From Asterias rubens (Eukaryota), in the NCBI RefSeq assembly GCF_902459465.1, contig NC_047062.1, positions 28,582,001 to 28,646,000 on the forward strand: DNA of 64,000 nt, given 5' to 3'. A program made the position numbers and the translations under genes. How positions within the stretch are numbered: the first letter of the stretch is position 1; each line of letters opens with the position of its first letter. The notes below the pieces were generated by a model, which was not told the DNA's origin, made no database searches, and saw only the letters and a program-made list of their open reading frames with translations. Below are positions 1 to 11,887 of the stretch, piece by piece.

Positions 1-734
1 GTTCCATCCGAAAAGTACCATTGCACGCTGCCAGCGTGCAATGGTACTTTTCGGATGGAACGAAAAAGCACGGTGAGTGACTCAGCGTGCAATGGTACTT
101 TTATTTGCTATCACGTGACAGACAATCCTCCAATCAAATGGCAAGGATCTGCTTGGGTGTTATATAATACATAATAAGACAAAGAAGGCGATGATTTTTT
201 TTCTCGCCACTCTGCCCGCCATTTTGCCAGTAGGGGGGCCTGTCCTCTTCTTTTTTGCTTAAGCAAACGATCTAAAATCTTGCGCGCACAGTTTGTTTAC
301 GTGCTTATTTAGCATTGAGGTAGAATAGTTACAGCAATTATTTTTGCTTACCGTTAAGCAGCTCTATGAAATTGGGCCCTGGGTCGACTCACAAAGTCCT
401 TACTTAGGACTAGTCCTAGGAGAGATATTACAAACTTAAGGCTAGTCCTAAGTTAGGACGAGTACTCGTCCTAACTCGAGATAAGACTAGTCTTAACTAT
501 CTGATAAAACGACCCAAGATCAGTTTCCCAAGGCAATCTTGTACACCATTTAAAGACAGTGGGGACTATAGGTAAATGTCAACGACCAGTTTTCTCACTT
601 GGTGTATCTCAACATATGCATAAAATAACAAACCTGTGAAAATTTGAGCTCAATTGGTCGTCAAAGTTGCGATATATTAATTAAAGAAAAAACACCCTTG
701 TCACACCCTTGTCACACGAAGTTATGTGCTTTCA

Positions 735-1864
735 CACTGTAAACAAATTGGGTAAAAAATTCCCAACTTTTTACCCAATTAAGGGCGAATAGTGAACTCC
801 TCCAACTTTTGGGCAAAATATTACCCATCAAAGTTAGGCACTCTGATTGCAAAACAATTGGGTAATATTTCCTCATCAATAGTTGGGTATATTTTGGTAA
901 CCAACAGTTGGGTAATTTTTTGTTTACCTATTTTCTGGGTATTTAATACATTATCAATAACCCACTAATTGGGCGATGATTTTATTAATGATTTAACCCT
1001 TTTCGGTGTTATCCAACAAATGGTGAATGTAATTAACCCTTTGATTTACAGTTTCTTCTGTGATACGTCATACAAGCAGGCGTAGAAAATATCTTTTCCA
1101 CGATGGCAAACGGTGATGAGCTGTGACCTTCCAAGGCCTTGGCATCTCTCTCAAAATCGAGAGGGTGCTCAGTGGTTCGTAGATGCTTTGGAAGGTTAGT
1201 TTTTAACTAAATACAGTTTGTTTCCTGTTCAGTTGTTGTACACAGTCGTGACAGTTGCAGCGCAAGCACACGCATACATGCCACAACCGGCGTTGCACAT
1301 AATGGCATGATAAAACTGAAACTAAAAACTGAAACTAATTCAACAGTAGTGTCACTTTGTTGCTCCCTCTGCAACTGTCCGACTATGTACGACTGAATAG
1401 AAAACACAACTTCATATTTAGTTAAAAATTAACCTTCAAATTTGATCTATATCTACTGGAAAACCCCGCTCGTCACAGCCACTCCTCCACTCGCCATGTT
1501 GGAAAATATCGTTATGTTTTTTCATACCTTGCCCAACTTTTGGCCAACTCTTTGATCGTAGTGCGCATGATCGGATGATTTTGACCAACTTATGTGCATC
1601 ATTTTAAAACCAACAATCGAAATTAACTAAAATTACCAAAAAAGTTGCTCAAATAAATAAACAACAGTGTAACCAACAGTTATGATAAATTCAGATTACG
1701 AATTATTTGCCCAACACTTGCCCAAATTTTGTTCCGCTTTTTAAACAAAAAATTTGCAAACAAAATGTTTGTCCAACACCAATTGGTTTTGTTGGGCAAT
1801 TATCGCCCAATAATTGTTGAAGTTACTTTGCCCAACAAATGATTTGACCAACGTTTTTGCAGTG
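735..1864. mobile_element. Non-autonomous CACTA/EnSpm-like element (second copy 15314-16443; related end fragment about 29490-29760)
   Basis: Termini CACTGTAAA...TTTGCAGTG, a 2-bp CA target duplication splitting a host MITE, and many subterminal CCAA/TTGG motifs. Confidence 0.65.
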
Positions 1865-2560
1865 CAGATGCTTGATTTCGAGACCTCAAATTCTAAATCT
1901 GAGGTCTCGAAATCAAATTCGTGGAAAATTACTTCTTTCTAGAAAACTAGGGAGCCGTTTCTCACCATGTTTTATACTATCAACCTCTCTCCATTACTGG
2001 TTACCAAGTACGGTTTTATGCCAATAATTATTTTGAGTAATTACCAATAGTGTCCACTGCCTTTAGCAAGACGCTTTACCATTGCTTCGTCCTTCGGATG
2101 AGACGTAAAGCCGTTGGTCCCATGTGTTGAGTAACGCATGTAAAAGATCCCAGTGCATTTATTGAAAAGAGAAGGGGTTCGCCCCAGTGTTCTAGTGCAC
2201 CGTGCACCCTTATAAGGTGCTAAATAGTTGGGTCTCAGAATTTCATAACTTCAATATCCTATCTTTCTGAAAGTTTGTATAAACTAATGACTTGTCCACA
2301 TCCCAACACATCCTTATAACTCTTTCCGTCTAGGCCCAATTTCATAAAGCTTTAAAGGAGAAAATACTGCTTGATAATTTTCCTTGCTAAGCAAAAATTA
2401 GGTCGGAAACCAGCCAAAACAATGCAAACTAATAATGAAAATTGGGCTGATAACCCGTTTCTGAAAGCAATACTCTTCTTTGCTTAGCGAGTTCTTGTGC
2501 TTTATGCTTTATTTCTACATGTAAACATTGAGTATAGTTTGTATTGAGCGAATTACTTAC

Positions 2561-2646
2561 ATTTGTAGTTTGGATAGACACCCAGTGAGGGCCCCGACCT
2601 GATCATCTTCGCTTGAACCAGACGAGTAGCTTCTTCTGCTCGCCAT
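2561..2646 (-). CDS. C11orf68: First coding exon (86 nt, MASRRSYSSGSSEDDQVGALTGCLSKLQ) of C11orf68-like paralog 0; the rest of the gene is expected left of the window
   Basis: ATG at 2646 and AT|GTAAGT phase-2 donor at 2561. One nucleotide different from exon 1 of paralog 1 (17225-17140). Confidence 0.6.
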
Positions 2647-3592
2647 GAGTTTAAGTCTTTAAGTCTGCCACAAAGATGGATTCAATACTGTCAGAGAAAT
2701 CAACATGCAGACACAGCTGGCCTGAATTAAAGACAGTGGACACTATTGGTAGTTGTCAAAGACCAGTCTTCTCACTTGCTGTATCTATCATATGCATGAA
2801 ATAACAAACCTGTGAAAATTTGAGCTCAATCGGTCATCGAATATGCGAGATAACAATGAAAGAAAAAAACTTTTGTCACACAAAGTTGTGTGCTTTATGA
2901 TGCTTGATTTCGAGACCTCAAATTCTAAATCTGAGGTCTCGAAATCAAATTCGTGGAAAATTACTTCTTTCTAGAAAACTAGGGAGCCGTTTCTCACCAT
3001 GTTTTATACTATCAACCTCTCTCCATTACTGGTTACCAAGTACGGTTTTATGCCAATAATTATTTTGAGTAATTACCAATAGTGTCCACTGCCTTTAGCA
3101 AGACGCTTTACCATTGCTTCGTCCTTCGGATGAGACGTAAAGCCGTTGGTCCCATGTGTTGAGTAACGCATGTAAAAGATCCCAGTGCATTTATTGAAAA
3201 GAGAAGGGGTTCGCCCCAGTGTTCTAGTGCACCGTGCACCCTTATAAGGTGCTAAATAGTTGGGTCTCAGAATTTCATAACTTCAATATCCTATCTTTCT
3301 GAAAGTTTGTATAAACTAATGACTTGTCCACATCCCAACACATCCTTATAACTCTTTCCGTCTAGGCCCAATTTCATAAAGCTTTAAAGGAGAAAATACT
3401 GCTTGATAATTTTCCTTGCTAAGCAAAAATTAGGTCGGAAACCAGCCAAAACAATGCAAACTAATAATGAAAATTGGGCTGATAACCCGTTTCTGAAAGC
3501 AATACTCTTCTTTGCTTAGCGAGTTCTTGTGCTTTATGCTTTATTTCTACATGTAAACATTGAGTATAGTTTGTATTGAGCGAATTACTTAC

Positions 3593-3678
3593 ATTTGTAG
3601 TTTGGATAGACACCCAGTGAGGGCCCCGACCTGATCATCTTCGCTTGAACCAGACGAGTAGCTTCTTCTGCTCGCCAT
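3593..3678 (-). CDS. C11orf68: Second tandem copy of the paralog-0 first exon, within a 1032-bp tandem duplication
   Basis: Same sequence as 2561-2646, offset 1032 bp, same ATG and GTAAGT donor. Next to a gap, so it may be an assembly artefact. Confidence 0.45.
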
Positions 3679-4054
3679 GAGTTTAAGTCTTTAAGTCTGC
3701 CACAAAGATGGATTCAATACTGTCAGAGAAATCAACATGCAGACACAGCTGGCCTGAATTAAAGACAGTGGACACTATTGGTAGTTGTCAAAGACCAGTC
3801 TTCTCACTTGCTGTATCTATCATATGCATGAAATAACAAACCTGTGAAAATTTGAGCTCAATCGGTCATCGAATATGCGAGATAACAATGAAAGAAAAAA
3901 ACTTTTGTCACACAAAGTTGTGTGCTTTATGATGCTTGATTTCGAGACCTCAAATTCTAAATTTCAGGTCTCGAAATCAAATTCGAGGAAAATTACTTCT
4001 TTCGCGAAAACTACGTCACTTCAGAGGGAGCCGTTTCTCACAATGTTTTGTGTA

Positions 4055-4554
4055 NNNNNNNNNNNNNNNNNNNNNNNNNNNNNNNNNNNNNNNNNNNNNN
4101 NNNNNNNNNNNNNNNNNNNNNNNNNNNNNNNNNNNNNNNNNNNNNNNNNNNNNNNNNNNNNNNNNNNNNNNNNNNNNNNNNNNNNNNNNNNNNNNNNNNN
4201 NNNNNNNNNNNNNNNNNNNNNNNNNNNNNNNNNNNNNNNNNNNNNNNNNNNNNNNNNNNNNNNNNNNNNNNNNNNNNNNNNNNNNNNNNNNNNNNNNNNN
4301 NNNNNNNNNNNNNNNNNNNNNNNNNNNNNNNNNNNNNNNNNNNNNNNNNNNNNNNNNNNNNNNNNNNNNNNNNNNNNNNNNNNNNNNNNNNNNNNNNNNN
4401 NNNNNNNNNNNNNNNNNNNNNNNNNNNNNNNNNNNNNNNNNNNNNNNNNNNNNNNNNNNNNNNNNNNNNNNNNNNNNNNNNNNNNNNNNNNNNNNNNNNN
4501 NNNNNNNNNNNNNNNNNNNNNNNNNNNNNNNNNNNNNNNNNNNNNNNNNNNNNN
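4055..4554. other. Assembly gap (500 N)
   Basis: Run of N. Confidence 1.
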
Positions 4555-5108
4555 CAGCTGTATTTTGCTCATCCTGAAAATCACATGGAAATTTTGTTGG
4601 TAATCCTGTTTTTATCAAGGAAGAAATTTCATGCTAAGCAAACTTCGTGCTTAGCAGCTCTATGAAATTAGGCCCTGATCACTTGGTCAGGATGGGTTCA
4701 ACGGAATGTATGATGGCTGCAAAATGTCAATACAACGTGAGAGAATACATTACGTTATTCGTAAAGCCCGATCGATAACCCACCGCTTTTCGTTTAGGTA
4801 GTTTTCACTCCAATTATTTAGAATTATGCCATATGGTAGAACTGACTTAAATAAATTCATCAGAATGCAGTCATCTTTCTTATATTGTTCCATTTCAATC
4901 AATATGAACCAAACAGAAACTGGGAGGGGGAACAGTCTGGCCCCTTTTTGTTATAATTTGAAATCGATGTTGAGACGTCTAATAAGGTATGAACCCCCTA
5001 GCTCTGGCTTTGTGTTTGCAAAGGCAAATAGGGCACGTGACATGATGTAAAGATAGTTATTTTTGTACATCAGGATTGAATCTTACAAAATCCTTTGTTA
5101 TTCTAGGA

Positions 5109-5290
5109 CCTGGGGTGAATTTTACAAAGGTAGTCCTAACTTAGGACTAGTCCTTGGCAATGCTAAGAGATAGGACTGGTCCTAAGTTAGGACCAGTAAC
5201 TCATCCTAACTTAGGACTGGTCCTATCTCTTAGCATTGCCTAGGACTAGTCCTAAGTTAGGACTATCTTTGTGAAATCCACCCCTGGGCC
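5109..5290. repeat. Palindromic ggactagtcctaagttaggac element (others about 380-520, 14960-15100, 11695-11820)
   Basis: Repeated self-complementary TTAGGACTAGTCCTAA units between ggggtg(a/g)atttcacaaag-type ends. Confidence 0.65.
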
Positions 5291-5730
5291 CGGTTCCCAA
5301 AGAGCTAAGGTTGATCTTAAGTGCTAATCAATCCTAATCACTAAGCATGATGTCACAACACAAATTAACTGACAACTATTATTATGTAGGCCCCCAGTAT
5401 ACATCGATTATATTGAAAACCGCCACTTAATAAACTCGGCAGTAGGCAGAAGCTAAAACCAAAAATACATTTAAAAAATCGAGCACGATGGGATCTCAAT
5501 TTGGGTATAGCTGCACATTGTGTCTTTCCAAGGTAAGTCATGTGCGGTGGAACCCCACCCGCCATTGTCCACCAAGCTATTAAAACATTTTAAAAGCAGC
5601 TTCTGACTAAAACAGGACCCTCCTCAATTACACTTCGTGTTGTAGAGGAGCAATTATGGTCAAGCCGGGATAACTTATTAGATGACTCAACATTGAAACA
5701 AAATAATAATAATGTGGTGATAAAACTATA

Positions 5731-6115
5731 GCGGTTTAGAGCACCGGACTCAAACTCTGGTGTGTCTGATCGGCAGAGTGTGGGTTCGAGTCCTAGTTGT
5801 GACACCTGTATCTAAGCAAGACACACATGATGCTTCGACGGGACGTAAAGCTGTTAAACTCTCGTGTGTTGTGTAACGCATGTAAAAGAACCAAGTGCAC
5901 TTATCGAAACCAGAAGGAGTTCGCACGGTGTTCCTGGTTTGATTGGCAGCATATTTCGCCTCAGCACCTTGTAAACCATTACATGGTGCGTGCTATTATA
6001 AAAAGATTAGATCTCATAATTCAAACGTCCTATAATCCTTAAAATATTTAAGCGCCTTGAGCGTCACTGAGTGACGGATTATGCGCGCTTTGTAATAGAA
6101 GCAACTACAATAATA
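5731..6115 (+). mobile_element. tRNA-derived SINE family; other copies or fragments about 2065-2290, 8760-8960, 16645-16860, 27363-27790, 62030-62490 (-), 63155-63330
   Basis: tRNA-like head (gcggtttagagcaccggactc...gggttcgagtcc, A/B boxes), shared body (gacgtaaagccgttggtcccatgtg...gtaaaagaacccagtgcac) and A/T-rich tail. Confidence 0.75.
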
Positions 6116-6850
6116 TTACTAATGTCATACCGTTCTCCGCATTCCAGGATGCGTGACGAATGGGTGAAAAATGACGACAACTTGTGATAGGGGGCGTCAG
6201 CTTGTACATCAATCTCAACGGGAAAGGACATCTGCACTACAATAGGTGGGTTCGATTAGCTTCTCTGGGTCGACCCCGCGGTCGACAAGAGCTAGTCGAA
6301 CGACCACACTCGCCCTCTCGTGGTGACGGCATGCACCTCAGGTCACCCCCAAGTGACCCACTCCACAATCAGGGCACTGGGCTGACCCGGGTGAGCCCCG
6401 TCAAAGCTACTCGAACGTACCGGGCAGACCGGGGTTGACCCAAACGAACGCACCCACTATTATAGCTATCGATCAGTATTGACTATACAAGTCAAGATTC
6501 TACTTGCAAGCCTGAACACCTGACGTCACACTTAGAAGCTCGTGAGTAGGCCTCACGCCAGAGATCTGCCTTTGCCTATACATTTAATCCCCGTCCATAA
6601 TCACCTTTCACCTACATTCATTTTACATACGCACTGCATTCTGCATGCAGACGACCGAAAGTGCATTTACCTCGGACCAATCAAAACAGAGATATGAAAA
6701 TCTTACGTCACTGCACGTTTATCCAATGCAATTATGTTATCCAATGAAATCACTGGTTCTGTAAAACTGTAAAACCAATACCTGTCTTTATCCTTTACCT
6801 GCAAGCCTTTGTTATGGGCGCTATCCATATCACCAACATCTAGCAAATAA

Positions 6851-7000
6851 TGGGTGCGTTCGTTTATCTTCCCCGGGTCGACCCCGATGTGTGGCGTATT
6901 TTTTGTCCAGGATGAACGTGTGCAGATAATTACCCACGTTCGTCCTGGAAAAAAAACGCCACACACCGGGGTCGACCCAGGGAAGCTAAACGAACGCACC
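6851..7000. repeat. Palindromic repeat family tgggtgcgttcgtttagcttccc..gggtcgacc; other copies about 6245-6456, 12780-12830, 24044-24380
   Basis: Shared inverted termini in four places. Confidence 0.7.
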
Positions 7001-7328
7001 CACTGTGTACTGAAAAAAATATATATGTGGTTAACACATAAGACGGGTCTCGTATAGAGCGCCCTCTGTGGCTACGTAATCAGAATCAGTTCATGTCTGT
7101 ATGCGACGATTTATTTACAATGGGAGACTTTTTGAAATCTCTCCCACTATTATATAACTCCCTTATTCATTGCAACGTATTATTTTATTCCTGCCTTCTG
7201 AGGCATGTTCAGGCATTCTTCAACAAGCGTTTTTTTTTCTTAGCCTTTGTTGTGCACTCATCAGTCCCTGGTGGCGCAAGCAAGCTGTACGATCTTCTCC
7301 TCAGTTAGTTCATTCTATTCTATAGTAC

Positions 7329-7790
7329 ATGTGCCTTGTCGCTTTGTCCACTTCTGACACGTGGATAGTTTTTGAAAGGTTTAAAGACTATTTCGACGAG
7401 AGATTTAGCGCCATTGCCACACCTAAACAAGACTCAAATTCGGTGAAGGAGCTGAAAAACAAGCTCGAGTTAATAGAGCTTACTAAGTTGGGTAATGTTG
7501 CCCAATTCAAATTCTGTGGGAATAGTGCTGGACAAAATCAAACTCGCCCTTATCAGCAAATGGTGATACCGACTCGGCAATCGAAGCAGTGCAGGAGACC
7601 GAAGACTTGGTTGCCGAAAGGAAGAGAACATCGGGTTAGCTGATGACGGGAGCAAGGCCGGCTGGGCCACGATTGGACAGCTCGACAAGAAGGGCGCGGA
7701 CAGTGCAGCTCAAAGGTACGGTGTTCTAAAGACGACAGGTGTGCGTCGAGTCGTGCCGTCGCCCGTCGCGTCGCCTGTTTTTTAATTGAT
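7329..7790 (+). mobile_element. Degenerate DIRS-like retroelement ORF1 (gag-like) fragment
   Basis: TKLGNVAQFKFCG, then after a frameshift NIGLADDGSKAGWATIGQLD. These resemble the KGNxxQFKFN and LADxSxxGWxTV motifs I associate with invertebrate DIRS ORF1. No RT or recombinase follows. Confidence 0.4.
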
Positions 7791-8312
7791 TTGCATGGGA
7801 ACTTTGGAGCCAGAGTCACAGAGGAAGACGCTCTAAAAGAAATTGAAAGCCGTAAATGCAATAGACTTGATTCAGTGAGAGAGGTCTCTAAGCATATCGC
7901 GCCAACTACACTACTGGCAAACGCGCTCGTCGTTTAAGTGTGGTCCCGAAAATGGCACAGGTTGGGGAATGCAGAGCATCACAAAAACAATAGTGTTCTG
8001 GCTATGGCACGGGTTTGGGACTTGAGTCAAGTCTTAAGTGCAAAAGAAGAGACAACCAGTATGGCGCAGGGTTCTTCACACAGTCTGCCCCAAGATCTTG
8101 CTTCTCGTCGGATTTTTCAAGGTAAACCCATCATTATATTGTATTATTTCAATTTGAATATCGTGCATGCAGCCTCATCCCATACTATCTGATCAACATT
8201 CGTGAAACGCATTTTCAGTAGTTTGTATTTCCTTTCCTTTATGTAGTCCTATATATAATGTGTAACTGTTTCTCAATCATAGGAGCGCTGCGACGTAGCA
8301 TAAAAGTAGAAT

Positions 8313-8588
8313 TAAAGGAACACGTTGCCTTGGATCGGTCGAGTTGGTCTTTGTCGACGGTTTTCCTTTTACCTCGTCGATTAACACGGTCGGCCATGGG
8401 ACTCCCATAATGGCGGGCCGTGTTAGTTTGCACAGTAAAAGGAAAACCACACAACTTTGAGGCAAATTTTTGTAGACCATTGTATTCTATTTTTAAAACA
8501 TCTTTCCAACCATATGCATTTTATAACAAACGGTTACAAACGCTTATCAAAGACCAACTCGACCGATCCAAGGCAACGTGTTCCTTTA
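8313..8588. mobile_element. MITE family with TIR TAAAGG(A/G)ACACGTTG; other copies about 21122-21514 and 36009-36624
   Basis: TIRs taaaggaacacgttgccttggatcggtcgagttggtct and its reverse complement, three copies. Confidence 0.75.
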
Positions 8589-11271
8589 AACAATATTCTG
8601 TAGATCCATTTAAAATCACAATAGCAATTGGAAATGACCTTGATAAAAGTTTTAGCTCCTTAGTATCTATACATGTCCATTCCGAATGCCACACAGTGTA
8701 ATGTGGAGGCGCATACAGCGGATAACACTGAAAGTTTGACGGCAATTATATTTTGTGACGTGTTGTGGCCTAGCGGTTCTCAAGCTCTGGTGTTTCTGAT
8801 CATCAGAGAATGGGTTCGATTCCCAGCCGTGGCACTTGCAATGCTGTGTAATTGAGATGTGACGTAAAGCCGTTGTCACGTGTGTTGTGTAACGCACGTA
8901 AAAGAACCCAGTGCACCGTGTAAACCATTACAGTGTGCAAGTAAAGGGGGTAGGTCTCATAATTTTTTTTTTTTTAAAGTAGGCCTACATCTTGCGTTGT
9001 GTAGTTGTATTTGTGTTTGTATTTTCAAAACATAATCCAGCACCCCGACATTTCGCCTCTCACAGAAGCAGTGAGTTAGTTGCGTAAACTTGATTTCAAG
9101 TCTGAGATCGCGGTTATACCTCTGCATCAGCCACGTAGGCCTACAAGAGGGCGCTATTTCTTTCTGATGGTCATGTGGCCCTTGTGATAATTTTTGGTCG
9201 TGCTAATAAATAAATGGCTAAAAGAGAAAACGACAAGGCAATGTGTTTTCTGGACAGGTGTATCGTTTTATTCTGAAATCTTATTATTATTCTTATTTTT
9301 TATTTGGCCATTAAATCATATACAAACAGACAGTATGTCAAAAAGATAATATAAGTACATGTACAACGGTAAATTCAAAGCAAGAAACAGTAATGGCACA
9401 CAAAAAAACCCTAATGTGATGGCCAGGATCAACAACAGTATAATTAAACACTGTAGCTCGAAAGCGTGTTAATCCAGTCACATAGGGAGGCAAACACACT
9501 ATATAAAATACTCTCTTTGGAAAATAATAATAATTTGAAATAAATATAACTATAAATAATCTGTATACACAAAGCACAATTTAAAATAACAAAACCAAAA
9601 CCAAGAATTAGACAAGCAAATAGCAAATAAATAAATAAACAAATAAATAGTTAATTAAAAAATAGAAATGAAAAGTGTTAACAAATTAATGAATAAATAA
9701 TTAGAAAAGTACATGTAAAAAGAGATAAAGCAACAAATAATTCAATAAAGGGATGGATTTAACACAAAAATAGGTCAATCAACCAAAAAGTTAATCAAGG
9801 AATCTCCTTTTCCACTATAAATACTCTCACATCAATAAACAAATGATTAAATATGAATAAAGCAATCAAAACAACCAATCGATTAATAAAAACAAATAAA
9901 TAGACCACAATTTAGACAAGCAAATAAACGGTTAAATGAATTTAATAAAACATATTGGTATTTTATTACCTGTTACATGCACTCATCTATCCATCTATCC
10001 ACCCATTCATTCATTTATTTATCCACTAAATCATATTATTTAAAATATAACTAAATAGATGAACAGATAAACAACAATTGCACTCAAAGTGCGAGTATCC
10101 AAAGGAGGTTTTTGCACAGTAAATGGAGATGATGATTAATTCCCCAAATCTTTCCAGTATTAACTTCTCCAGATAATATTATTTTAAAACTCACAATAAA
10201 TGACAAGAAGACGGACATAATATGTAACAGTTCTTTCTCCGTCTTCGTCCAGTTGAATGAATATCAATTAACAATACACTGCGAATGAAGAATAATTTAT
10301 CAAACAAAAAACTTATATAAATAATCACTTAACTAATTTGGAATGGAAAATCTACTAAACAAAAGAATCCAAGATGGCGCTAGGGTTCCCGCCAAACGTT
10401 CAATGACGGTCGCCATCTTGGAAAATGCACCACAACTCGATGTGAAAACATCGTACTTGATATTTACTACGAAAAACAACACCGTTGAATAAAGTGAATG
10501 ATTAGGCAGTAGCAATGCTACCAAGAAAGGTGATTTATACAAACTATAAGCATTGACATTATTATAAAATTATTATTATTATTTGTTGCTCAGAGAGAGT
10601 CTCTTCTCATGAAATAAACAAAATCAATTAAATAACATTAATCAAGAAATATAAAGTAAACGTTAAGTAAACGTTAATGAATTGCGTCTATGAATAAGTG
10701 AGTATGAATTATAAAATTAGAAATCGGTTACCGGAAATGACAAGAAAACGGACAGGGATATATCAGTAGTTTTTCTCCTTGTTCTTCCAGACTTTGAATG
10801 ACTGGTGAGAGCCCGCCATCAACGGTGAGAAGGTGGACTCAATATTGGCTTAATGAATAATCATTGCGCAATGCATTAAATAATATAAATTTAGAAGGAG
10901 GTGTTTTCTAATACCAGTCACAGTTACAAAATAGGACTAACTGTAGTGGTGTCCTATTCAAACTTAACAACACAATGTCAAATTCGTACGTCAATACTAA
11001 ATTAGGTTAATTTCAAACGGGTAACACTGTTAACAAACATTTTGGCTGTGTACAATAATGTGTTCTAAGAATTTGTATTTTCTAAAAGCGTACTTCCAGG
11101 ACTGTTTTAACTACATGCCAAAAATCTTTAAGAAGCCGTTTTTCAGAATGTCATCTTTTGACGAGAAATTAATTTGATATTTGTTCAAACTATCAAATCA
11201 TTATCACATTTATGCGTAAAATATGACTATAAGTACTTTCCCGTCAAAACAGACCTCAACCTGGGGCAACT

Positions 11272-11593
11272 AAAGGACGTTGAATCCTACTCACTCTGGT
11301 AAAGTAGACTCTACAATACATGGAAATGTCTGCGGTAACACCATGACTATCTCTAAATAAGGTGGTGTGGTTCTGCAATTAAAGGACGTTGCATCCTACT
11401 CACTCTGGTAAAGTAGACTGTACAATACATGGAAATGTCTGCGGTAACACCATGACTATCTCTAAATGAGTTGGTGTGGTTCTGCAATTAAAGGACGTTG
11501 CATCCTACTCACTCTGGTAAAGTAGACTGTACAATACATGGAAATGTCTGCGGTAACACCATGACTATCTCTAAATGAGTTGGTGTGGTTCTG
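11272..11593. repeat. Tandem repeat, 109-bp unit, 3 copies
   Basis: aaaggacgttg..atcctactcactctggtaaag recurs at 11272, 11381 and 11490. Confidence 0.9.
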
Positions 11594-11887
11594 AAAGAAC
11601 CGTTGGTACTGTACACTTTGAATTTCAGTAACATACATATGTTCGTACACATGCCCGTTCTGTTTTAAAGGCACTGAAGCCGTTCACTAACGCTATATCT
11701 CGAGTTAGGACGGGTAACTCGTCCTAAACTCAGGATGGGTCAATGCGTCCTAACGTCTATGGATACGGAACTTAACTCGTCCTAAGTTAAAGAAAGTTGG
11801 GAAGAGTTTGGTGAAATCGACGGGGGACACTTTTGGTAATTGTCAAACACACTTTAAAACAATTGATGAGTATACTTTATTTCTTCA

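Larger units (their letters stand above)
1..4054. repeat. Near-identical duplicate of 14580-17600, with an extra 1032-bp tandem unit (1868-2899 / 2900-3931)
   Basis: Colinear match at offset 14579 with only a handful of substitutions seen; ends at the gap. Confidence 0.9.

Noticed and set aside
3875-4665. Long ORFs spanning the first gap
   Set aside because: They are open only because of N runs; the flanks are MITE sequence.
9340-10330. Long A-rich tract (similar at 18280-18540)
   Set aside because: Low-complexity aaat-type sequence with no definable unit or coding signal.
11272-11593. CRISPR-like regular repeats (also 20477-21115)
   Set aside because: Whole units repeat with no unique spacers, there are no cas genes, and the context is eukaryotic.
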